Shown here one piece after another: positions 52,965-64,000 of a stretch of 64,000 nt of DNA. The notes under the pieces were generated by a model, which ran no database searches, was not told the DNA's origin, and saw nothing but the letters and a program-made list of their open reading frames with translations. The position numbers and the translations under genes were made by a program. Positions within the stretch are counted from its first letter, which is position 1. Every line of letters begins with the position of its first letter. Origin of the DNA: Octopus bimaculoides (lineage: Eukaryota); contig NC_068987.1 of NCBI RefSeq assembly GCF_001194135.2, positions 10,063,566 to 10,127,565 on the forward strand, given 5' to 3'.

Positions 52965-53574
52965 CATTCCCAACATTTTTGGTTATCTCCCTTACACCGG
53001 AAAAAATCTTTGATCACCTTCCCCTGTCTGGAATTCCATATTTCACAACATAGCGAAGACATGACACGATATAGGTAAAGAAATTTGAGAAATTTGAAAA
53101 GAAAATACGAAACCGGTTATTTCTCCAATAACAATGTTACTATATCCAAAATTTTATAACATTTTAACATTTTTCTAACATAACGATTTAAATATATTCT
53201 TTAACCATATAACACAAGCCTTCTGTAGTTTTTTCACTCTTTTTTTTTGTCTTTTATATATCCAACCACGTGCTTTCACATACCATCTCTCTCAACTATA
53301 TATNNNNNNNNNNNNNNNNNNNNNNNNNNNNNNNNNNNNNNNNNNNNNNNNNNNNNNNNNNNNNNNNNNNNNNNNNNNNNNNNNNNNNNNNNNNNNNNNN
53401 NNNNNNNNNNNNNNNNNNNNNNNNNNNNNNNNNNNNNNNNNNNNNNNNNNNNNNNNNNNNNNNNNNNNNNNNNNNTATATATATATATATATATATTTAT
53501 ATACATACATATATATATATGTATGTATGTACACACATACACACATACTTTATATTTGCATTATATATGTGTGT

Positions 53575-53710
53575 GTATACGGTGGGCTTCTTTCTGTTTC
53601 CATCTACAAAATCCAATCACGAGGAGCTACAATAGAAGATTCTTGTCACGCAAAGGAACTGAAGCCGGAACATTGTGATTGGTAAACAAACTTCTTACCA
53701 CACAGCCACG
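53575..53710 (-). mobile_element. SINE family A, head half
   Basis: gggcttctttctgtttccatctacaaaatcc...cttaccacacagccac. Confidence 0.75.
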
Positions 53711-53785
53711 GTTAAATATATATGCATATTATAGATAGATAGATAGATAGATAGATGTATTTATATATATATATATTTATATATA

Positions 53786-53876
<91 letters not shown>

Positions 53877-54811
53877 NNNNNNNNNNNNNNNNNNNNNNNN
53901 NNNNNNNNNNNNNNNNNNNNNNNNNNNNNNNNNNNNNNNNNNNNNNNNNNNNNNNNNNNNNNNNNNNNNNNNNNNNNNNATATACACATACATACATATA
54001 TATATATACGTATATATACAATACATAAATACACACACACACATGTATACACACACATACACACACACACACACACATTATGCCACGCATTTGTTAGTTA
54101 AAGGTTTCCAACGGGGCAATCACTGGCTCACTGAAAGGATGATAATAAGTGGTAATGGTTTGCAGTTATTGATCTGAGCTGATTTAGATGTTGTTCTTTC
54201 GTCTCACTCGAACCATAATCAAGTAAAGCAACAGATCGAATTGGTCCCAACCGTGACTAGTTAATCAATTTTTTATCTATTTATTTATTTTTTATGTATC
54301 AGATGAAGGTTGTCTACAATCGTACTATCTAACATTTATTTCCTTTTATTTAAGAAAGTAACATGTGATTTGATTCTGATTTGACCGATATTCACAACAG
54401 ACTGAGCAACAGTGTAAAATCTCGTCCGTTCACGCCGAGTCGATCTAAATGGCAGTTGAAACAAGTATCAAATATGGTCTCGACTCTGTCATCTTCAGTC
54501 TTATGATAGCTAAATGCTGTTATAGTATATTATATAGAAACTGTGTAATGAAAGACCTATCCTTATTTATTTTTCCCCGCCTAAAAGTCGATTTAAAACT
54601 AAACTGAGTGGGGAGAGGAGATAAGTAGATATATGTAGCATGCTAGACGTACGTACGTGTCTATGTGTATATATATATACATGTGGGGGTGTATGTATGT
54701 ATGTACGTATGTATGTATGTATATGTATGACAGACAGAGAAAGAGACATATACACACGTATGTACCAAATTATACATGTACCCTGTTACATAGATATTAA
54801 ATATATACATA

Positions 54812-54843
<32 letters not shown>

Positions 54844-54915
54844 NNNNNNNNNNNNNNNNNNNNNNNNNNNNNNNNNNNNNNNNNNNNNNNNNNNNNNNNN
54901 NNNNNNNNNNNNNNN

Positions 54916-54981
<66 letters not shown>

Positions 54982-55088
54982 CGAGAGAGAGAGAGAGAGA
55001 CAGATAGACAGACAGTCATATAGATAGGTAGGTCGGTAGGTAGGTAGGTAGGTACGTGCGTACGTACTTACGTAGACAGACAGACAGG

Positions 55089-55153
<65 letters not shown>

Positions 55154-55554
55154 CAAGTATATTGATTGGATAATTGATTTATGGATTGCTGCATCTGTTA
55201 ACAGGCCTCAGGGATTCTCCTTGCATCTCTAACCTAAACAGATTCCATTCCTGATTTATGGCAAACTAGAATTTTTATTCCCGCCTACTGTGTCATCCAA
55301 CTATACTCTATAGATTAGAGAACATTATTACACTTTCAGTGTTGGAGAGCATCAACTGAAGAATGTTTTAAGTTGATAGACAAAATATTTTAATCAAAAT
55401 AGAACAAAGGTCATGGTTGATGTATTTCTTTGCAGTAGGTCTTCTTGAATTTTCTCTCTTCCTTTTATTTTTACTCGGTTCATGCATTGCATGGTACTTA
55501 TGCTGAGGTACCACTCAAACCGCAACCTTGTGTCAAAATTTGAAACAATATATA

Positions 55555-55998
55555 GGCAGAAACGTTAGCACACCGGGCGAAAAGCTTAACGGTATTTCGC
55601 CTGCCGTTACGTTCTCAGTTCAAATTCCGCCGAGGTCGACTTTGCTTTTCATCCTTTCGGGGTCGATAAATTAAGTACCAGTTACGCACTGTAATCGACT
55701 TAATCCTCTTNNNNNNNNNNGTCGATAAATTAAGTACCAGTTACGCACTGTAATCGACTTAATCCTCTTGTCTGTCCTTGTTTGTCCCCTCTATGTTTAG
55801 CTCCTTGTGGGCAATAAAGAAATAAGAAGCATTAGCACGCTGGGCGAAATGTTTAGCGGTCTTTCGTCTGTCTTTATGTTCTGAGTTCAAATTCCGCCGA
55901 GGTCGACTTTGTCTTTCATCCTTTCGGGGTTGATGAATTAAGAACCAGTTACGTATGGGAGTCGATCTAATCGACTGAGCTCCTTCCTCCAAAATTTC
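55555..55998 (+). mobile_element. Dimeric SINE B (second copy)
   Basis: Same monomer-ii tail to monomer-i junction as 42004-42424 (gtgggcaataaagaaataagaa.c.ttag.acgc). Interrupted by a 10-N gap with a 49-bp overlap duplication. Confidence 0.85.
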
Positions 55999-56061
55999 GG
56001 ATCTATATATTTAGGTATACATAGCCATATATGAATTGAATATCTTGATAACAAACACAAG

Positions 56062-56141
56062 GTAGTAGCGGCGGTTAGGCTCGAACGCGCGAACTTCTCA
56101 ATCAGTTATTGGCTGCTCGACATCCAATCGTATATCTACGC
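56062..56141 (-). pseudogene. Decayed tRNA-like sequence (tRNA pseudogene or orphan SINE head)
   Basis: Minus strand reads gcgtagatatacgattgg...gccaataac...aagttcgcgcgttcgagcc: A-box-like, a tRNA-Ile(AAT)-like loop and B-box GTTCGAGCC. No intact cloverleaf. Confidence 0.3.
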
Positions 56142-58129
56142 TTTCTATAGTAGAAATATGGTTTATTTCCTTGTTTAGTCAATCATTTCTGGTGTAATCA
56201 GCGAAAAGTTGTTTTCACATTCGGATATTTCAATATGGCATTGTTCCGAAGAGAAACAAAAGTTATCTAAATCCGGAGTATACAATAACATTGTGTTCCA
56301 CAGCAATGTTGCATTTAATTGCGAACATTAATGCGGCGAGTCGAGGAATGAAATTGGTATTAATATAAGATCACTTATTCGTGAAAATCAAGAATCGAAC
56401 AATTCATTTCCTGAAGACTTCTGCAATATTAATAAGGATCTTATGAAATGAGATAACTGAATGGAGATATTTATTAAAGAATCGGGCTGTTACAAGATAT
56501 AAGACAAGTATAATGTTACAAACAATGCTACTTGACAAGGCTTTCTGTTATATATTTCAATATGTCGTGGAAATAGCCTCACGTCTTTGAAATAGAAATT
56601 CTGAAAGACCGATATTTCTGAAATTCATCCTGTTTTGGTCATCAGTTCCTGACTACAAAACATTCTTATAAAACAAATGGCGAATAAGAACCACCAACAT
56701 ATTTCCAACATATTATGGTCTCTTATTTACTGTTTGTCTGGTGAGCTGTGCTACAGCTAATAAAATAAAACAATTTCTTTGTCTGTTTCGACGTACGTTA
56801 TTCATGCTAAGCTTCGGGTATGTGCACAAAATAGCCTAACATACATAGTTTCAAAGGGAGACTATTAAAGAGTTTAATAAATGATATGATACCATTCAGA
56901 AAATAAAAATATACAAGAAAAACATCATTGCATTCAAACTACTCAAAATAACTTTCTCACTTTCTCCTTATGATGCAGTTATAAATTAAGTGTACAGAGG
57001 GAAATCACAGGAAGTAGAAATAAAATTCATGCATGGAATCCCAAATTGAAATTGAATATAAATAATAGCTATCACTTTCATTCGACGGTGCACCAGTGTT
57101 ATATTCACCTGCTAGGTTGTATGATTAACTGTAGGAAGTAAAGATAAATATAATTTTCTCTAACTGGTATGTACTTAGCATTTTCTTTCGTGAATTCGTG
57201 CTCACAGGCTACAGATACTGAACAATAAACTTAATATTAATAAAATATTTAGTATCTATAAGATAATTTGTTCATCCATCCAATAATAAGCTCAGAGTGA
57301 TACGAAATATGCAGAAGAGAAATTTGACTTGTGGCCAATTAAACACACACAAATACACTGGGTGTAGTAATAATATCAAAGTTAGGGCCGAGAATCTCTT
57401 GGAAACAATGACTTCAGGGGTAGATTTCAAACATATCTAAAACAACCAAGAGGAAACCGAATAACGCTAACTTTGATGGGAATTATTAAATACCTACTCG
57501 AATTCGCTAAATTGGGTTTATGGCGAGGAAAGGGTATTTGTTGCAAATGTAATGAAAATGGAACTCAAACCAGAGAGAGAGATGAAATGTAACCACAAGA
57601 GTCTCCGTTCCCAACACATTAGCTACAACCCCAGACATTCACATAGAGATCAGTGCATACATAGTTACTTCATATGTTAAACAATGGTATTGATGACATA
57701 TCATTTAGCATTGATCAGGGTCATTTATCAAGATCTTGATTTGCTAAAACCAACTTATAAATCACAGTTCAATCAGGAAAAAAGATGGAAAGACGACAGA
57801 CCATCATGAACATCAAAAAGCCCTTTAACATAAACGAAAAACTGAAAAAAGGTACAAAATGCTGATCGTTAGCTGTGTCCTAACTGTTCACTGAAATATT
57901 AAAATTGATGATAAGATTTAGTTTCGTATTTTTTATATATTATCTGTCGATGCACCCAATCTGAGGCCGACAAACGTGTGCTGCCTCACTCTGCATCTTA
58001 CACAGGTACTGGAATGATCTCTGCTCATTGTAGAGTTCAGATTTTGTTTCCCCTACGCTCAAACCTACCTGATGCACGCGTATATGATCCTTGCGTTATC
58101 CTTAGTGTGTCCACCTCTTATACGCACTG

Positions 58130-58350
58130 TGTGTGTGTGTATTTGTGTTTCATGTTTGTCCCCCACCATCTCTAGACGACCGATGTTGGTGTGTTTACGT
58201 CCCCGTAACTTAACGTCTCGGCATAAGAGAACCGATAGAATAAGTACTAGGCTTACAAAGAATAAGTCCTACGATCGATTTGTTCGAGTAAAGGCGGTGC
58301 TCCATCATGGCCGCAGTCTAATAACTGAAGCTAGTAAAAGAATAAAAGAA
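58130..58350 (+). mobile_element. SINE family A, 3' half
   Basis: tgtccccc...ccgatgttggtgtgtttacgtccccgtaact...catggccgcagtc...taaaagaataaaag. Confidence 0.85.
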
Positions 58351-58489
58351 TATATACATATATCTATACCATTGTCTCCACCAAATGTACTGGATGCTAT
58401 TATACATCGCTGCTCACAATGCACTTTCTTCGCATTGTTGTAACTTTCGAATAATGTCACTAGAGAAAGGCTGGCAAATCTAACTTTCC

Positions 58490-58642
58490 AGTCGTCGCAG
58501 GGTGACCTATCGACAGCTTAGTGGACGGGAACAACGTGAAATAAAATGTTTTGCTCAAGATCCCAACGCACCGCCGATCTGCGAATCGAGACTAGAATCT
58601 TGCAGTCGCGAGTGAAACACCCTCACCACCCAGTCGCATGCC
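58490..58642 (-). mobile_element. tRNA-headed SINE fragment with a CORE-like block
   Basis: Minus strand reads ggcatgcgactgggtggtgagggtg...ctcgattcgcagatcggcggtgcgttgggatcttgagcaaaacattttatttcac. Confidence 0.5.
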
Positions 58643-58767
58643 TTAAATGCATACACACATACATTCACACACATACACATACGCGCGCGCGCGCAACACA
58701 CACACACACGCACAAACATATATTCATATATATATATATGTTAATGCATGTATGTATGTATGTATGT

Positions 58768-58804
<37 letters not shown>

Positions 58805-58931
58805 GTGATGTAGACAAGATATGTTTATAATTCCAATTATTACATCTACATGTAGCAGCTCTACAACTATAAGTGCTATATACATACAATATATTCATGA
58901 ATGTATGTATGTATATCTATCTATCTATCTA

Positions 58932-58964
<33 letters not shown>

Positions 58965-60449
58965 NNNNNNNNNNNNNNNNNNNNNNNNNNNNNNNNNNNN
59001 NNNNNNNNNNNNNNNNNNNNNNNNNNNNNNNNNNNNNNNNNNNNNNNNNNNNNNNNNNNNNNNNNNNNNNNNNNNNNNNNNNNNNNNNNNNNNNNNNNNN
59101 NNNNNNNNNNNNNNNNNNNNNNNNNNNNNNNNNNNNNNNNNNNNNNNNNNNNNNNNNNNNNNNNNNNNNNNNNNNNNNNNNNNNNNNNNNNNNNNNNNNN
59201 NNNNNNNNNNNNNNNNNNNNNNNNNNNNNNNNNNNNNNNNNNNNNNNNNNNNNNNNNNNNNNNNNNNNNNNNNNNNNNNNNNNNNNNNNNNNNNNNNNNN
59301 NNNNNNNNNNNNNNNNNNNNNNNNNNNNNNNNNNNNNNNNNNNNNNNNNNNNNNNNNNNNNNNNNNNNNNNNNNNNNNNNNNNNNNNNNNNNNNNNNNNN
59401 NNNNNNNNNNNNNNNNNNNNNNNNNNNNNNNNNNNNNNNNNNNNNNNNNNNNNNNNNNNNNNNNNNNNNNNNNNNNNNNNNNNNNNNNNNNNNNNNNNNN
59501 NNNNNNNNNNNNNNNNNNNNNNNNNNNNNNNNNNNNNNNNNNNNNNNNNNNNNNNNNNNNNNNNNNNNNNNNNNNNNNNNNNNNNNNNNNNNNNNNNNNN
59601 NNNNNNNNNNNNNNNNNNNNNNNNNNNNNNNNNNNNNNNNNNNNNNNNNNNNNNNNNNNNNNNNNNNNNNNNNNNNNNNNNNNNNATGTATGTATGTATA
59701 TATATATACATACATACATATACAATACATTGTGTGTGTAGGCGTCCGTCTGTTTGTGTGTGAATGCATGTGTGTGTGTTTTTTTTTGCTTGTGTGAGTG
59801 TGTGTGTGTATCTTGAAGTGAAATAGCTTCTGGTCTTTTGTTTTCTATCCATTAAATGAACTTCGTTTCGATATGTCTTCCTTACTGATTTCATTGTTTC
59901 CTCTTATCAGAATTAAATGATGGTTGCCACATAATAAACGGTGGGGTAAAAAACTAAACTATATTCTCGATATCTAGGTTTCGTCGTGAAGTAAAATATA
60001 CTAACGGCTGACACATTTGTTCCAACATATATAGTCTCTCACTTCCATGTATGTTTTCTATACTTTCTTGTCATGTTTTGTATTTAATACATTTCTCATC
60101 CTACATTTTACTCCAAATCCCTCCTGGTCCTTTTTATTTCAACTATATATAGATTGGATGTCAATCAAGACACAAGAAAATTGCATATCGAGACTACTTA
60201 CTTGAAATTTCCTCAGGGGCCCAATATTGAAAATAGCACAGAAGTACGTTTGTCAAAACTTTCTTAATTATGATGAGTTTATTCATTTATTTATATGCTT
60301 ATTTATTTGTATTTGAAGCATGGCCGTATCTTCTTTGTTAACTCTTAATTTCGGAAAGAACTTATTTCATTCTTGCAATATATAATTCTTAACTCACCAG
60401 CGCTGATTTCTACAAACACCTACATTTGGGATATGTGTACTATAGAATA

Positions 60450-60795
60450 GGAGGCGCAATGACCCAGTGGTTATGGCAGCGGACTCGCGGTCATAGGATC
60501 GCGGTTTCGATTCCCACACCGGGCGTCGTGAGTGTTTATTGAGCGAAAACACCTAAAGCTCCACTCTTTCACCAAACTTTCTCTCACTCTTACTTCCTGT
60601 TTCTGTTGTGCCTGTAATTCAAAGGGTCAGACTTGCCACACTGTGTCACACTGGATATCCCCGAGAACTACGTTAAGGGTACACGTGTCTGTGGAGTGCT
60701 CAGCCACTTGCACGTTAATTTCACGAGCAGGTTGTTCCGTTGATCGGATCAACTGGAACCCTCGACGTCGTAAGCGACGGAGTGCTAACAACAAC
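60450..60795 (+). mobile_element. SINE family C, full length
   Basis: Head ggaggcgcaatgacccagtggtta (A box)...cggtttcgattccc (B box), body shared with 12127, 48736 and 4564, and an (ACA)n tail. Confidence 0.9.
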
Positions 60796-61477
60796 TATAG
60801 AATATATGCATGTATTATATCTACAAATATTTATAGTCTGCGCATGCGTATGTTTGTAGGAATATCTATTCATATATAAGTTATATATATGCATTATATG
60901 CATGTATATGATTTAAATGTATGTATGTATACACAAATGGGAGAAAATGGAGTAAACGACACTCTTTAAGTAAAGAATGTCTATAACTCCATATCCAGTA
61001 GCAAGATGACACCAGGTAGCAAACAACTGTGTGTCGGGCTTTGCAAGGCATTCTACAATATTACTTAGCTATATATGCATGCATGTTTGTATGTATACGT
61101 ACGAAAGTATGTGTATATATATATANNNNNNNNNNNNNNNNNNNNNNNNNNNNNNNNNNNNNNNNNNNNNNNNNNNNNNNNNNNNNNNNNNNNNNNNNNN
61201 NNNNNNNNNNNNNNNNNNNNNNNNNNNNNNNNNNNNNNNNNNNNNNNNNNNNNNNNNNNNNNNNNNNNNNNNNNNNNNNNNNNNNNNNNNNNNNNNNNNN
61301 NNNNNNNNNNNNNNNNNNNNNNNNNNNNNNNNNNNNNNNNNNNNNNNNNNNNNNNNNNNNNNNNNNNNNNNNNNNNNNNNNNNNNNNNNNNNNNNNNNNN
61401 NNNNNNNNNNNNNNNNNNNNNNNNNNNNNNNNNNNNNNNNNNNNNNNNNNNNNNNNNNNNNNNNNNNNNNNNNNNNN

Positions 61478-61523
<46 letters not shown>

Positions 61524-61544
61524 TATGTTTCCAAACTGTTTCCG

Positions 61545-61690
61545 CCTAATGAATTCACTCACAAGGTATCAGTCCAACTGAGACCGTGGCAGAAGGCACT
61601 TGCTCAAAGTGCCGAGTGGTAGAATTGAACCCGAAACCAAACGGACACGGATCGAACTTGCTAATCACAGAGCCAAGCTTGCACCAATGT
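61545..61690 (-). mobile_element. Diverged SINE family A head
   Basis: aattcactcacaagg...gcacttgctcaaagtgcc...aattgaacccgaaacc. Confidence 0.65.
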
Positions 61691-62686
61691 TTACTTCAGT
61701 TTTCAAAAGATAATTCAGTATTATCAGATGAAAACACGGATGCAAATCCTAACACATTTTTCTACCAATTCGAGACTCCCCTCTGGCTCAAAAAACCACG
61801 TAATTCTCCAAGGATTACAAGTGCCATACTAACATTCACTATCCTTTTCCTTTTAGCTTCCCTTTCTTATTTTATTATATATTTCTTTCGAGAAATATCC
61901 GCTTCGCAGATTACACAAGTAATACATACAAAAATGGGAAACAAGCAGAATCATTCGATAGCAAAATGAAAAATGCAGTTGCATGATTTAATCTGTTTTA
62001 AGAAAATATCAGATATGTTAGAAGATCAATTTTTCTGGAATACATGAAAGTATATTGCCAGGAAACCACAGCGCGTGGTACAATATGTGTATATTGTATC
62101 TATATATCCACTTGGCAGGCCAAAATAAACAACAGAAGAAAAAAACATATGCTTTAGGAGATCAGTAGGCTACAAATCAAAAGAATGAGTGAGAAAAGTT
62201 ATATTTCTCAGGCAATTATTATAGATNNNNNNNNNNNNNNNNNNNNNNNNNNNNNNNNNNNNNNNNNNNNNNNNNNNNNNNNNNNNNNNNNNNNNNNNNN
62301 NNNNNNNNNNNNNNNNNNNNNNNNNNNNNNNNNNNNNNNNNNNNNNNNNNNNNNNNNNNNNNNNNNNNNNNNNNNNNNNNNNNNNNNNNNNNNNNNNNNN
62401 NNNNNNNNNNNNNNNNNNNNNNNNNNNNNNNNNNNNNNNNNNNNNNNNNNNNNNNNNNNNNNNNNNNNNNNNNNNNNNNNNNNNNNNNNNNNNNNNNNNN
62501 NNNNNNNNNNNNNNNNNNNNNNNNNNNNNNNNNNNNNNNNNNNNNNNNNNNNNNNNNNNNNNNTCATATATATATATATATTGTATCATGCTATATCGTA
62601 TATGTGAATATGCGTGAGTGTCTGTGTGTATGTGTGGACAGAGAGAGAGGGCGAGACTGAGAGTGATAGATAGATACATGCATATA

Positions 62687-62740
<54 letters not shown>

Positions 62741-63039
62741 CGTGTGTCACGAGCGCGTACATTATCTGTGCAAAGGCGATATAGACTTAAGATAGGTTAC
62801 TTATATTTTCGCGCATATATATATATATATATATATACTGATATTATATGTGTGTTTGAGCGTGTGTGTATGCGCGCGCGCGCGCGCGTGTGTGTGTATG
62901 CTAGTGCGAACATTATCTGTATAAAGACGACATCGACTTAAGCCATGTTTGTTATATTTTCGTGCAAAATCTATGTTTCAGCGAATAATTCAAAAAGCAA
63001 ATCTAGAAGCCAGAGACAGATCTTCTAAAATATGCACAA

Positions 63040-63075
<36 letters not shown>

Positions 63076-63721
63076 TCCCATACACTCACGGACTGAAGCA
63101 TTAACATTAACACATATACTGACGACTCGAAAGCTGGCATGAACAAAGCGTGTCTGTAGACTTGTCATATTTTCCACACAACAAATAATACAGCTATATA
63201 GCATCTTCCTTCTGTCTTTGCGACATTGTTCGTCTTCAGTTACTTACTTCTTACCAAACTTGCCATTCTAGTGATATGTTGGATGTCTTTTCTAGTTTGA
63301 TTCCATCCTGTTTGGATCTCATAGTATTTTTTGCTTTATCGTTGTTTCTCAAAGGTTATTTTTTTTTCTTTTTGCACGTCAATACAAAATCATGATATGA
63401 TAAAGTAGTTAAGCATGCCGATCAGCTGCAGGTCACACATACATACATACATACATATAAGTATGTGTATGTTTGTGAATGTTTATATATACATACATAC
63501 GCTTGTGCATATGTTTGTGAGCGTTCTAATTATTAATATGCATTTATTTCAGCATTCTATATTCAATCAACAAGCACTCACACACATAGACATACACACA
63601 CACAAACATACATATATACATACATTCATTCATATATATATATATATATATATATATAAGTATGTACATGTAATTACATATATGCTCATATCATAGATAG
63701 ATAGATAGATAGATAGATAGC

Positions 63722-63760
<39 letters not shown>

Positions 63761-64000
63761 AATTTACTTGGAAAAGGATGCGTGGCGTTCGATCATATAA
63801 TAATATAAATAATATATAAATATATGCATATATCCATACATATGTACATACCTACATATATATGTATATATACATGCATATATGGGTACAGGACATAAAA
63901 AAAACGTTGAACACACTGAGAAACGAAAACATAAAAACAAAAACATAGAAAACGAACTTTTTTTCGAACAACGAAAAAAACAAACAGAGAAACGAGACAT

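Noticed and set aside
55662-55769. Exact 49-bp duplication across a 10-N gap (similar case at 23711-23790)
   Set aside because: Typical unmerged contig-end overlap, i.e. an assembly artefact.

Overview
AT-rich, gene-poor animal genomic DNA from a gapped short-read assembly, with about 6 kb of N. The SINE families and microsatellite load suggest an octopus (coleoid cephalopod); this is inference and was not checked against a database. Only one protein-coding unit is well supported: a 228-aa secreted neuropeptide precursor on the + strand (ATG 34004, stop 34690). It is encoded in one exon, preceded by a strong 3' splice site at 33990-33991. It yields four W-X5-W-amide peptides (NWDELSSWa, WDSLQAWa, GNGWDEMNGWa, NWDSLQAWa), placing it in the Wamide family (allatostatin-B/MIP/PTSP-like/WWamide). 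The rest is repeat-derived. There are three tRNA-headed SINE families (called A, B and C here), including a dimeric B form that moved as one unit (16-bp target-site duplication, TSD). Decayed autonomous elements include a hAT transposase, a pogo-like DDE transposase, a Penelope-like RT, an RTE-like LINE RT and a possible Helitron N-terminus. A 26/27-bp minisatellite and many microsatellites are also present. Nearly all other ORFs in the track are translations of microsatellites, N gaps or SINEs. Repeat boundaries and family assignments were made by eye and are approximate.
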